From the NCBI GenBank assembly GCA_003427395.1, contig BFEA01000030.1, positions 5,141,894 through 5,205,893 on the forward strand: a DNA stretch of 64,000 bases, given 5' to 3'. Shown piece after piece: positions 14,737 through 27,116 of the stretch; positions within the stretch are counted from its first letter, which is position 1, and every line of letters starts with the position of its first letter. The notes under the pieces are model-generated. The model saw only the letters and a list, made by a program, of their open reading frames with translations. It was not told the DNA's origin and did no database searches. The position numbers and the translations under genes are program-made. The DNA comes from Chara braunii. Lineage: Eukaryota; Plantae; Charophyceae.

Positions 14737-15153
14737 CTGAATGGGAAAATTGAAGTATGGGTCATATTGAGGCCACAATCTATTTCACAGTTGGAATTAT
14801 GTTTTTTAATTTATTGAGCGTTTTTTCCTCGAAAGATCACAAAAAAATTTACGAGTACTCCAATTTTTAGTTTTTTTCACGTATTCTTCTGAGCGTGAAA
14901 ACTCCCTGAGTTTTGAGTACTTTTTCAGTTGGCCCACACATGGTTGAGTGGCAAAAATGAAAAATGTGTCGAATCGGTTTGACGATTATTTTGCAGTCTA
15001 AGTGATTTTTTGAAAATGTTTTTTTTTTTTTTTTTGAAAGAACATGACCTCATTTATGAATTTTTAAAATTTCAATTTTTTTTACGGGTTCCTCCGAGCA
15101 TCGAAAATCGCCAAAGTTGTTTTTTGCAAAACGCCTGTTTCATTATGCCTGAC

Positions 15154-17831
15154 TACCCTTGGAGGCTCCGCTGAGGGGCCTAGGGGTCTCAATGACAGCA
15201 ATAGGCCCCCCTACCACAAGTGATGAATGGATTTGTGCTCCAACCCTGACAAAATTGAGCAATTGGCGAAACAAACCCACCTCTATTCTTGGTAGGGCCC
15301 TGGTAGTCAACAATGTGATCTTTGCTTCCATATGGTACAAATGCTTAATCTGGCCACGATGTAAGGACGCACTAGGGACATTGAAGGGCAAGGTAGCAGC
15401 ATTCATATGGAGAGGGGATGGGGAACACACGAATGTCATCAGCAGGGTGACATGGGACTCAATTATCCAACCCAAGGTGGCAAGAGGATTGGACATAATG
15501 GATCCTTCCACACAATCTCAACCCCTCTGCCTTCAATGCGTTAAGAAGCTGCTTTTTGTTGAACATAATCCATGGAGGGCCCTTGCGCTGGAACACGTAG
15601 CCCGCTTAGTCCCCTCAGCCCCTCCCAGCGTGCACCCTCTCATATGGTTGGAAGACTGGTACTGGTCAATTCCTTGGAAGTGGTCGGACGGGGGGCCGGG
15701 GCAGAGGGGGGGCTGGACCAGTTTTGACCCTCGCTGCTTAGGTGCTGGAGGAAGCTCCCGCTTCGAAATAAGCAACAACTGGACAGATGGGAGGAGGTAT
15801 ACAGGCAGCCCCTGTTTGGCAGCAAGTGGCTGGCGGATAGACAGGGGCGTATAAGATGTAGCACGATGCCTCCTTGGAAAGGATGAGTGAAGCATGGAGT
15901 AATCCGATTAGGAGATCTGTGGAATTCAAAACAAGGACGATGGAAAACGGGAAAGGAGCTCCGCAAGATCCTAAAATACTGCCACCATGTTGAGGCTAAC
16001 GTGGACGACATTATTGAAGCGGTGTCCCTGGCATGGTATCACATTCTAAGACAAGGACCGACATTGAAGGAGGGGGACTGGGTGACTCTCATAGGGGATG
16101 AGGAACACCTGACCAGGGTCCATATGTTAAGAGAGCAAGTTGCTCTGGTTGAGATGTTCTCGATCGGCCAGACGGGGGGAGTCTACAGGGCAGTCGGGCC
16201 CCTTTCGAATGGAAGGTCAAACCCGAGTTATTCTATGTGCGGGTCATAGGCGAGAAGGGGGAGGCCCAAGCCTTTCAACTGGGCACAAATATCCAAGACC
16301 TTCCCTTGGATCCAATAGAGTGGACATGGAAGCCAGCAGGCCGCAGGGCCACCCCGTCACAACAGATTCACCTTCATAATGTGTCAGTTAAGACCACCTA
16401 TAGATTACTCAGACCTAAGCGTGGGCTGAAAGGTGTGATTGTGGATAGATGGGCAAAACACCTGAACGTGGATCGTAGCCTCCTCACACCGAACCCATGG
16501 TTCCAAGAGCGCAAAAATAGACCGACCAAAATCACTTCTCTTCATTGGCAAATCATGCATCGGTGCCTGCCAGCACTAGACTGGCTAGTGGATCATACCA
16601 ACTTGGAACAAAAAGGCTTGGCCTTGCCCTGGTGCCCTCGGTGCTTGCAGGCCTATCTCCCCTAGAGACTAGCTGAGACTATTGAACATATCTTCATGCA
16701 ATGTCCGACGGCCCGTTTTACTTGGCGTTGGTAGGACATAATCTGGAGAAAAATGGTGTCGGACTTACCGTGGCCCTGGACCTGGAGAGCCATCCTTGTA
16801 GGTTATTGGCTGCGAACCCAAGAAATGTCCCCCTATGCGGAGAACATGTATAGGCTAGGCCGTAGAACGGTCATCTGGGGACTGTGGTGGCAGTGATGTC
16901 TGCTTGCCTTGGAAGGGGATCGGGCAGAGGGACCGAAACTGACCGAACATATCCAACAGCAGGTGCAGATGGAAATAATGCTAAGATGGTAAACAGTGAA
17001 AACACAGTATGATCTTTTCCAAAGGAACAAGGAACGAGAGAGGGATAGTTAGCGAAGGTAGAATGGAGTGGGGGCGGGGGAGAGATGGTGGAATGCCGGG
17101 ATTATAGCTTGGTGTTCAAAGACTAGACAACCATAGAATCAACCTTTCCGTTATGCTCCCCAACTGATTTCTATGATCCCTTCCCGCCTCACCCACTAGC
17201 CCTCGCCGAGTCAGTACGAGACTGGAGATTATGAACGAGATCTGATTCTGCAAGGGTGAAAACTGGAATTCCTACTAACTGTCATATCTCCCATATGTGA
17301 TTCTTTGCAGTCCTCTTTAGTTCTCTTCAAACACACCATCTGCAGGTAGGCCTCTCTCACCCGGTGCCCCTCCGGGGAAAGGGGCAGCCTAGCAGATCCC
17401 CTCCCAAGATCAGGACGAGGAGATAGAGAAGGCTGCATCAGATCAAGCAATCATAATTTCCAAGTTTGTTCTGGGTTGTTCTGATGGGTTGAGGCAGGAG
17501 ACACTTCATTGTCCGTAAGTATTTGGCTATGCTTAGCAGCTGCACAGTTAACCCCCCAAAGTCGTTAGGGCAGTCAATGCTGGCAGCCAAAGTCTTACTT
17601 ACATGCTTAAGAAATGGTCAACTGTGTCTGTCTGTAAGTAGGATGAGAATATTGTTTAATTTTCTAATATCCTGCTCAGTTTAATACTATGGATTCCATA
17701 GTAACCAATGACTGGGGGAGGGAGGAATTAGTGTGTAACAACAGGTATCTGCCGCCAGTTTCAGGGTGAAGAGATTTTTCCCTCCTCTTTCCAATTTCCT
17801 GCTATTTACAGTAAGTTTGTTTTAAAAAAAA
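15154..17831 (+). mobile_element. 5'-truncated L1-like LINE (post-RT ORF2, zf-RVT region, long 3' UTR, A tail)
   Basis: LGRALVVNNVIFASIWY...FIWRG...RVTWDSIIQPK...GLDI; WQIMHRCLP...CPRC...ETIEHIFMQCP. Ends TTTAAAAAAAA. The host repeat breaks at 15153 and resumes at 17832. Confidence 0.88.
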
Positions 17832-17852
17832 CCTCCCTGTTTTGAGAAGACG

Positions 17853-19160
17853 CAATTTACATGGAGTTGGTGGGACCGTATCTGGCGGAATATGGAACTG
17901 GATATCCCCTGGCCCTGGTCATGGCAAACCATTCTAGCTGGACACTGGCCCCAGGCAGAGACAGCCACGACCTTTACAAAGAACATGTACAGAGTAGGCA
18001 GGAGGGCGGTGATGTGTGCTCTCTGGTGGCAAAGATGCACCCTCACCATGGAAAAAATACGGGTAGAGGGCGCGGAGATAACATAACAATTCAGCAACAT
18101 TTACACTTAGAGCTCACATGTAGATGGCTAGATACAAAAGAACAATTCCACCTTTTTAAACAGACGAGGGATGTCAGGAGAAGGATTACGGAATTCTGCA
18201 AGGACTGGGTAGGGGGGGAAAGGGAAGGTTGGATCGCAAGAGTGGTATGGAGTGGGGATCAAGAGGAAGGGTTAAGGGATTTAGAAGAGAAGAGAGACTA
18301 CAGGCTGGAGTTCAAAGATTGGATTAATATAGAGGCCTTGTTCCCTTTACGCCCCTCCACGGATTTCCCAGACCCTTTCCCACCCCATGCCCTGTCCCTG
18401 ACAGAAATCCCGTCCTGAATGAAATAATGATAACTTACCCTCCCTTCACCCACCTGACACCCGCCTCCTCCATATCTCTCATCTCATTTGTCTTTTGTTC
18501 CAAAATGCTCACGCGAGGAGCCCCTTTCTGGAGCCCCCTAGGGAGGCCCTAGCTTATCCATCATGAGTGCCTTTTTCCCACTGATGCAGCCGGTGGTGAC
18601 AGTCAGCAAGCTGGGTTTGGAGCAGACAGCTCCTAAGCAAGTATCAGTACTTAATTACCTATTTGGCGCCCTCTCTCGAAGGGTGAAGAGATACAAAAGT
18701 TCACCACTGGCCTCATGACTGGTTTCTATACATTTTGCCTCCCAGTGGGATGCAGGACCCTGAGGGTCTGCAAAGTTAAAATAGCGGGATAGCTACTGCA
18801 AGTAGAGCAGACAGGCAGACTATTCCTCAAAAGATTATTCTTATGCGTCTGCAGATTCAAGTAAGCGGGATAGCTACTACAAGTAGAGCAGGCCGGCAGA
18901 CCTTTCCTCAAAAAAATTCTTTCAGAAAGTCCTGCTCAATCAATCCCCTGGAATCCAGGGTAATCAATGCTGGCAGGCGCTCTTCTCAAGTCTCAAGTCT
19001 CTTGACTCCTTCACCTTGTACAAAGGGACTCTGGACCTGTTTTCCAGCAGGTGACGCTCCCCACCAATAGATGGAGCCTTCCCCCGGGTGCTAGTGCTGC
19101 CTGCTCTTATCAGCAGCACTAGCACTGCAGGCGGTGTGTTTAAAAAAAAAAAAAAAAAAA
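17853..19160 (+). mobile_element. Second 5'-truncated LINE of a related subfamily with poly(A) and 9-bp TSD
   Basis: Peptide IPWPWSWQTILAGHW...NMYRVGRRAVMCALWWQRC is homologous to the C-terminus of the 15154 element. A19 tail. TSD GAGAAGACG (17844-17852) / GAGAAGATG (19161-19169). Confidence 0.85.
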
Positions 19161-20354
19161 GAGAAGATGGGTCTCAATGCCTGGGCCTGAGGGCCCTTTT
19201 GCAGTTCACATGCCCTCACTTCTTTTTGGGGTCCGCTTCCACCCGAGGGCAGGTCCAACGCCCCCCACTTCTTTTTGGGGTCCGCTTCCACCCGAGGACT
19301 GGTCCCCCAAATTTTTTTGCCCCCTAAGAACCCACTTTGCGTCCTGGTCGCCTTCCGCCGAAAATGCGACACCTTGACACAGACTCCTAAGCCCACTATA
19401 CGGCAGCCTCAGGGCTGCAAACTTTTTTGAAGTTTTTTCACCATTCCAATTCGGCTATCTGATCGAGCGTGGACCGACAAAAAGGTCAGCGTCCTCTTCC
19501 CCCCGCCGAGCTGGGGTGAAACGGAAAAAAAAAGGGAGCCAGTTGATTGAAAAGCTAAAACCACCAATAAATATTAATAAATATTTATTTAGGTCCTCGT
19601 TGCCCCAGTCGCCATCCGGCAACATTTGAATGAATGCAGCTGGACAACGTGGCTCTCTTGCTGCATTCAAAATCTTGGTGGATGGCCACTATCGTACTGC
19701 AATACATAACAATAATATTTTATTATTAAATATTTTTATTATTATATATTTATATACATAGCATAGCATATGCCGGGCCAAGGTCCCCATTTGCATGGAT
19801 TACCAGATTCTGGCCGTTGATCTTTGCTTTCTACGGTCAATATCGCTTAATTCGTGTAAGTGGGACCTAGCCTCGGGACAAATCCGTGTGACTCTCTGAC
19901 GAAACATATATATATATATATATAATATTATATATATATATATATCGTCACAAACAGAACTGCCCGGTAAACCGTAGGCAGAGAGAGAGAAGAGGATATA
20001 TATATATATATATATACAGCGCTACATGTTGGCTGTCCTGTCGTGCCACCGTGTCCATTCAGTTTTCATCATCTTTCCATCGTGGGCGCCTTCTGCCCCG
20101 CGTCGCGGTCTCTCTGGGTGAATCTTTTCCGCCGCCTCGCCGTTGGCCCTCTGGCTGGTGGGTCTGTCTGTTCGTGGGTTTGTTTCCTCTCATCCGAGTG
20201 GAAATGCAAACGCAAACGGAAACGCAATCCACCACGGAAGACATATGAACTTCCGCACTCCCACACGTATACCATATATATATATATATATATTCCTTAC
20301 ATCTGGGGTCGACGGGGTAAAGTGACGCGAGTACGTGCCGTGATGGACATCGAT

Positions 20355-20630
20355 AACGCCGAGGAAGACGGACCGGCCATAGCTGAAAGCAGGCCGTAGC
20401 TGAACGGGAGGCCGTAGCTGAACGGGAGACCACAGCTGAACGGCGACTACAGCTGAACGGCGACTACAGCAGACCGTCCATAGCTGAAAACGAGGAAGAC
20501 GGACCGGCCATAACGGAATGTGGTGGCCATAGCTGAACGGGAGGCCAAATCTGAGCGGCGGCCATAGCTGACCGGGAGGCCAAAGCTGAGCGGCGGAAAA
20601 CGAGGAAGACGAACCGGCCATAGCTGATCG
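20355..20630. repeat. GC-rich minisatellite (GGCCATAGCTGAACGG) upstream of ADK
   Basis: About ten imperfect copies, 0.4-0.7 kb upstream of the ATG. Confidence 0.8.
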
Positions 20631-20889
20631 ATGAGGAAACGTCTCTCGTGATCTTCCTGAGGTCGTCGCTTGAGTTGCTCTTCTCGTTTTCAGTCCGCGC
20701 GCATTAACGCTCGGTTTCTTTCTCCTGTTTCCCTCTCTTTTTCTTCTTTCGTCTTTTCTTCTTTCCTTCCTCCTTTCTTTTCATCTTTTCTGAGTCCGTC
20801 TTCTTGTCCCGCCTTCTCTGGACGTGTTGAGAAAGCCGTTCTCTTTCGATTCCCTTCCCTCGAAAGCCACACAGGGACACACACACACA

Positions 20890-20935
<46 letters not shown>

Positions 20936-20954
20936 NNNNNNNNNNNNNNNNNNN

Positions 20955-21024
<70 letters not shown>

Positions 21025-21046
21025 TAGCGCGTTGAGTGCAGAAGAG

Positions 21047-21505
21047 ATGGCGAGCCGAATGTCATCCAGCGCGGGAAAGACGATTATGGCGGGCGCTAGG
21101 AGAGCGGCGGCGGCGGCGGCGGCGGCGGGGAGAGAGGCGGGAGGAGAGCTGATGGCGGGAAGGTCAGCCACGAGAGCGTCTGACGTGGCAAACAAAGCGC
21201 CATTCTCGTATGCAGCTGCCGCTCTGAGTGCCAGCGAGGCTTTGGAGCCGTTGACTTCGCAGCCGCCGTTGACTTCGCAGCCAGTATGGATGGACGAGTT
21301 TGAAAATGGCGGGAGAACGAGATTTGCCAAATTGCCTGAGGGAATACGGCTTCCCGCCCGTGCGCAGCTGGTGTTTCTTGGCCTTCCAGGGGTCGGGAAA
21401 GGCACTTATGCTAGCCGATTAGCGAAATTTCTTGGCGTGCCGCATATTGCCATGGGTGATCTGGTCAGGGAAGAGATGAAGACTGAGACGGAGCTGGCGA
21501 AACAG
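21047..21505 (+). CDS. ADK: Adenylate kinase (plant organellar type), exon 1 with N-terminal targeting-peptide-like extension
   Basis: ATG at 21047. P-loop LVFLGLPGVGKGTYASRL followed by HIAMGDLVREE. Ends at a phase-0 donor CAG|GTAATT. Ala/Arg/Ser-rich N-terminus. Confidence 0.93.
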
Positions 21506-21803
21506 GTAATTAGTTAATAATCAGATCATCAACTGATCAATCAACCTACTACTCGCTCACTCACTCAATCAATCAATCAATTAATCAATCAATCAATCAA
21601 TCAATCAATTAATCAATCAATTAATTCATCAATTAATTAATCAACAATCAATCACATACTGAGACGAACTAGGCTAACATGTAATTAATTAACAAAGACC
21701 ATCAGCCCCATCAATCCGTCAACAAATCAAAAAAATCAATAACCAATCTACGAACAAATGAATTAATGAACGGTCGGCCGATAAGTAAATGAATGCGTCT
21801 GTG

Positions 21804-21845
<42 letters not shown>

Positions 21846-22803
21846 GTAATTGGTTAATTTATCGAGTCGGTAATCGAAAGATCAATCCGCGAGTGTGCAG
21901 GTCTGCGACTGCTTTGAAAATAAATTCTTTGAAAATAAATGATTTAATTTGGTAGTTTGGTTGTTGGTGTTGCGTTGGCAGTTGCATTCTCTGCTGCTGC
22001 TGCTTTCCTTTTTTTTTTTTTTTTTTTTNNNNNNNNNNNNNNNNNNNNNNNNNNNNNNNNNNNNNNNNNNNNNNNNNNNNNNNNNNNNNNNNNNNNNNNN
22101 NNNNNNNNNNNNNNNNNNNNNNNNNNNNNNNNNNNNNNNNNNNNNNNNNNNNNNNNNNNNNNNNNNNNNNNNNNNNNNNNNNNNNNNNNNNNNNNNNNNN
22201 NNNNNNNNNNNNNNNNNNNNNNNNNNNNNNNNNNNNNNNNNNNNNNNNNNNNNNNNNNNNNNNNNNNNNNNNNNNNNNNNNNNNNNNNNNNNNNNNNNNN
22301 NNNNNNNNNNNNNNNNNNNNNNNNNNNNNNNNNNNNNNNNNTTTTTTTTGGGGGGCGGGGGGTGGGCGGGTGGTGTGTATTCTCAATCGCTTGCATTTTT
22401 CTTTGTTATTTTGAATATTTCGAGGTCGACGTCCTTCCGAGTTTAATAATTATTTCCCTATTAAATTAATAAGAGTATATATGTACGAGGACAACACATC
22501 GCGTGAACCTGTCCTCTTTTATCTAGATGATCTTGTCCGCTGGTTTGCCTCTATTTTCTTTTTCTCCTTTTTTTTGGGGTCTCTCTCTGTTGCTTTTCCT
22601 TTCTTCTTCTTTTTTCTTCTGCTTCGTATATCTTGATGAATCGGTGAAACTTGGACGAAGTCTGTCACAGCCCCTCGTTCCTTCCTTCTTCTAACAAAGA
22701 GTGAGTGCGTTCCTTCCTTTGTGGATAGATATAATATATACATACATATACTGTCACATATGTCGTCAAACAGACTGTTTATATATGTGTTTACGTACCT
22801 GTA

Positions 22804-22861
<58 letters not shown>

Positions 22862-22916
22862 ACATTCGTCGTCAAACAGACTGTTTATATATGTATATAC
22901 ATACAGGGATATGGGG

Positions 22917-22957
<41 letters not shown>

Positions 22958-22963
<6 letters not shown>

Positions 22964-23078
22964 TGAGCCTCCTGATGAGTCGGTGAAACTCCGACGAAAC
23001 AGTTTGTCAAAGCCCTTCGTTTGTTGTCCCCTTCTCCCTCTCTGCCTACGGTTTACCGGGCAGTTCTGTTTGACGATA
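22958..23078 (+). ncRNA. Short element carrying a type III hammerhead ribozyme (3' cleavage product)
   Basis: Stem I GAGG-gttgag-CCTC, CTGATGA, stem II GTCGG-tgaaact-CCGAC, GAAA-CAGT, then 3' hairpin CTGCC..CGGT-TT-ACCG..GGCAG. Confidence 0.8.
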
Positions 23079-24336
23079 AATATGTATATACACATATTAT
23101 AATGTATATATAAATATCGAATACATCTATGTATACACATACATATATGTATTATTTTTATATATTTATATATAATATTATATATATATGAAATATATTC
23201 GTCTTAACCCTCTCTGGCCACGGTTCTCCGGGCAGTTCTCTTTGACGATACATAGTGTATATTCGTCGGTGGTTGATAAAATTTTCGGTTCCGTCTCGAT
23301 GTCTCTACTTCTTCTTTTTTTTTTTCTTCTGTCGATCTCCTCCATCTCTCTGTGCCTCCTCCCATCGACCCCACCCATCTCTCCGCGTCTGCTCGGTGAT
23401 TGGACGTGCCAATCAGATCAGTTCATCCCCACCAATCGCCCGGGGTGATCGAAATAAAAATCGAATGGAATCGGTTAATCCCAATCAACCGGATGAATCA
23501 ATCAATCAGCTCCGTCAATCAATCAATCAATCAAATAGAGTCAAGTCAATGAATGAATGAATCAATCAATCAATCAATCAATCAAATTAATCAATTCATT
23601 TAATCCATCCATCCATCAATCAATCAATATATCAGTTGCTCATGGAACGAATCAATCAATCATTCATATAAGCATTCGGTGAGAGACTTGTATTCATGGT
23701 TTCCTCTTTTCGTCAGTCTATGATTCAATCATTCGGTCAGCATTGTATGCAATCATTCTCCCTCTCTCTCCCCTCCCTCCCTTTCTCTCTCTCTACCGCT
23801 CCCCCTCTCCCTCCCTGTCGTTTTTATATGATCTCTGCTATGATCTGCTTCGACTGGTAGACTAGTGAAAGCACATGCATATGATCTCTGCTATGATCTC
23901 GCTCCCTCTCTCCCTCCCATCGTCGTCGTCGTAAACGCTTTCGAAAGTAACGGGGATATAGATGGGTAGATTAATTAACGGGAGGCTAATTGATGGGTAG
24001 ATTAATTAACGACGACGATGCTGAGGGTCTGTTGATTGGTCACATAACGACGACGATGCTGAGGGGAGGAAGGGGGGAGGAACCCATCTACCCATCCATT
24101 AGCCTCCCTTTAATTAATGGGGATTTTTTTTTTTTTCTAACATTACAACTTTTCTTCCGTACGCAGTGTTGCTTATTTGTGTTTATGATATATAATATAA
24201 TATAAAATTATATTATAGTATGTTATAAATACAATACAACGTGAATCTTATATTATATATAATATAGTTTATTAGATATTGTATTTATTATAATTCAATA
24301 TGTAGTATTTGTACGATATATATGTATATATGTATG

Positions 24337-24454
24337 TCGTTAGACAGAACTGCACGGTAAACCGTAGCCAGAGAGGGAGGGAGGGAGAAGAGGACAACAA
24401 ACGAGGGGAGGCTGTGACAGACTGTTTCTTCGTCGAAGTTCCAACGACTGACTC
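24337..24454 (-). repeat. Copy of the hammerhead-bearing short element
   Basis: Reverse complement matches 22977-23076. Adjacent to a TA-rich tract. Confidence 0.75.
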
Positions 24455-24462
24455 AAAATCAG

Positions 24463-24784
24463 GAGCAAGGTCCCACTCGTGAAGAGGACTGGATTAATTA
24501 AGCGCCTGAATCTGGATGGGTTTTAAGCAGAGATGCACAGAAGCAGTTCAATGGCGATATAGTTTGATTAATTAAGCACCTGAATCTGGATGGGTTTTAA
24601 GCAGAGATGCACAGAAGCAGTTCAATGGCGATATAGTTTGATTAATTAAGCGCCTGAATCTGGATGGGTTTTAAGCAGAGATGCACAGAAGCATTTCAAT
24701 CGCGATATTCTGCATCTTTTTCACAAACACGTTCAGGTTCACGCTTTCAATCCAATCCTCTCTTTTGCTAGTGGGACCTTGCCC
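24463..24784. mobile_element. Palindromic PIF/Harbinger-type MITE with internal ~76-bp triplication
   Basis: TIR GAGCAAGGTCCCAC / GTGGGACCTTGCCC; TSD CAG. Confidence 0.8.
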
Positions 24785-25140
24785 CAGGAGGCCGAGTTGT
24801 TGGGTATCGGGATGGATGCAGCACCTTGCTGAGGGACCTGGAAGGTCGGGATTGGTTGAGTAGCGACGATGGTTTTGTCGTGATGTGTTCATTTTGTGCG
24901 GTTATTAAAAAAAAAAAAAGCGTAAAGCTTGTTAAGAAATTCGGATGACTTTTTTTTTTTTTTTTTTTGCGGATCACTCGGAATGACTATTATTTCAACG
25001 TTGGACGTTAAAAAATGTGAATGGATAATTTTTTGGATAATTTTTGGATAATTTTTGCGGACGACTCGGATGACTTATTTTCTTTCATTCACGTCAAAAA
25101 ATGGGAATGAATAATTTTTGGCAACGTGACACGGTTTCGT

Positions 25141-25195
<55 letters not shown>

Positions 25196-26457
25196 TACAT
25201 GAGCAGCGGTTGAATTCGGGCCTCTTCTGCACTACTCAACATTGTACATGCATTTGGACTGTTTCCGGACCAGGTGCTTGCGGACGAGTGCAGCATTTTG
25301 AATGTATTAGGAAGATTACCTGCTCCAGATACATAACAGTGTTGGTTGGTGGAGCGAGGGCCTTAACGAAATGATTCTGAAAAAAAAAAAAAAAAAAAAG
25401 GGAAAGGAGGAAAAAAAAAAAAAAACAATGGTTGAATTATTCTATCCGTTCGTTTATTGCTAATCTCATCTTGTCATGGTCGTTTTCTCCGTTGAGTTTT
25501 TTTTTTTTTTTTTTAGTTATTCATTTTTTTAAATATTTTCCATTGTTTTTTAGAAGTATTAAGAAGATGCTCCATTCTCGTCGCGACAGCTGTTTGGCAG
25601 TACAGGCTAGGTTCTTTGCACTTAACCGCATTCTCGTGCTCTCGCCGGAATGCGGTTCTCTAGGGAGTTTTCTGCAACGATAACCGTTTTTTTTTTTTTT
25701 TTTTTTGGGACACAAACATATCGACATCTGCAATGATAACCGTAACTAGGTAAGTAATTAAGTTTAAATAAACGAAATGAATGAAAACCTGAATGTAAGC
25801 AAATGAGTAAATAAATATATTGTCACATTGTGAATCAGAGCATCTATATAAGCATCTAGGCCACCATGAGCGACTAGTGTGGCGGCGAGGGGCAATGTTG
25901 TTTGCTTCATGAACGACCGGTCGCCCAACTGCGTTGGTCATATTCCTATTGGGTTGGCCCTCTGGTCGGCGCCCGGGTGGGCGCTGAACTCATTCGGTGG
26001 TGAGATGCGGTCGTTGCGCTGTCTCTTTTTCTTTTTTTTTTTTCTTCCCTTCCAAATGAGACTTTTCTTATCGATTGCAAGCGTTGAGCCATTTAGAATA
26101 AATATTTAGAATAAATAGCTCAGTTGGTATACACCGGGGCCAAGTCCCACTTATCTGAATCCTCGATTTGTAACCGTAGATTACGAAGATCAACGGTCAC
26201 AAATGAAGAGTCTGGCAATGTGGGACCTGGTCCCTCCGGTCTGTTGAAATACAGACCCAAGTTCTTTTTTTTTTCCCCTGAAAAATACAGACCCAAGTTC
26301 TTTTTTTTTTTTTTTTGAAAAATACTGACCCGAGTTCGAACTCCACTGCAAGCAGATGCGTGAATAATAAAGACCAGTTTGTTAAAAAAAAAAAAAAAGA
26401 AGAAGAAGATGAGTGAAATGTATTATAATTGGTACCAACTGAGCTAGTACACCCCCG

Positions 26458-26620
26458 GGGGGTCCCAGTAGCAAAGAGAAATGGATTGAGCGCGTGAATC
26501 TAGGCGAGTGCGTGGAAAGATGCAGAAAATCGAGATTCAACTGCTTTTCTGCATCTCTTCTCAAAACACGTCCAGATGCAGAAGCTTAATCCAATCCTCT
26601 CCGCTAGTGGGACCTCGCCC
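26458..26620. mobile_element. Palindromic MITE, same family
   Basis: GGTCCCAGTAGCAAAGAG...GCTAGTGGGACCTCGCCC; left TIR shortened; possible TSD CCG. Confidence 0.7.
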
Positions 26621-26656
26621 CCGGAGCCATGGCCCACTTTTTGAGGTTTAGTTCTG

Positions 26657-26822
26657 GGGCGTGGTCCCACTAGCAAAGAGGATCGGATCGAATGCCTGCG
26701 TCTGGACGAGTTTATGGAGATGTGCAGGAAATCGAGATTGAACTGCTTTTCTGCATCTGTGCTTAAAACATATCCAGATTCAGGAGCTCGATCCTATCCT
26801 TTTTGCTAGTGGGACCTCGGCC
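26657..26822. mobile_element. Palindromic MITE, same family
   Basis: ~166-bp hairpin; TSD CTG. Confidence 0.85.
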
Positions 26823-27116
26823 CTGGTTTCGAGTATGTATGCATGGCTCCCTGCCATCCGATTTTTTTTTTTTTTTTTTTTGTTGGGAAAGATCTTAAAA
26901 TTCCACGGCCACGGTGTGACCACGTTGAAAATACACGAGCCATCCGATTTATTTTTATTTTTATTTTTTGTTGGGAAAGATCTTAAAATTCCACGGCCAC
27001 GGTGTGACCACGTTGAAAATACACGAAACATAAAACTATCCCGCTACCGGTAGTGGGACATGGCCCCCGCGCTGTTCGAACTCCACTGGAAGCGTGGACG
27101 AGTGAAAGACAATTCT

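Larger units (their letters stand above)
12270..19452. repeat. Two tandem units of a (GA)n-containing long repeat with ~210-bp subrepeats; unit 2 hosts two LINE insertions
   Basis: GCAGCCCTAAGGTAGCCAAAGCAATGAGAC at ~12299 and ~13746. 12930-13350 matches 14730-15153, and 13360-13720 matches 19161-19452. Related subrepeats at 61810-62400. Confidence 0.8.

Noticed and set aside
12265-14778. Long ORFs in the track spanning N gaps (also ~21.9-22.4 kb, 43.4-43.7 kb and 44.9-45.8 kb)
   Set aside because: They consist of X residues and microsatellite or homopolymer translations.
24490-24700. CRISPR-like periodicity in tandem repeats
   Set aside because: Units are contiguous with no unique spacers, lie inside a MITE, and there are no cas genes in this eukaryotic context.
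26115-26350. tRNA gene candidates (TAGCTCAGTTGGTA; also ~29915-29975 and ~62540-62585)
   Set aside because: Only A/B-box remnants without a complete cloverleaf; probably SINE heads.
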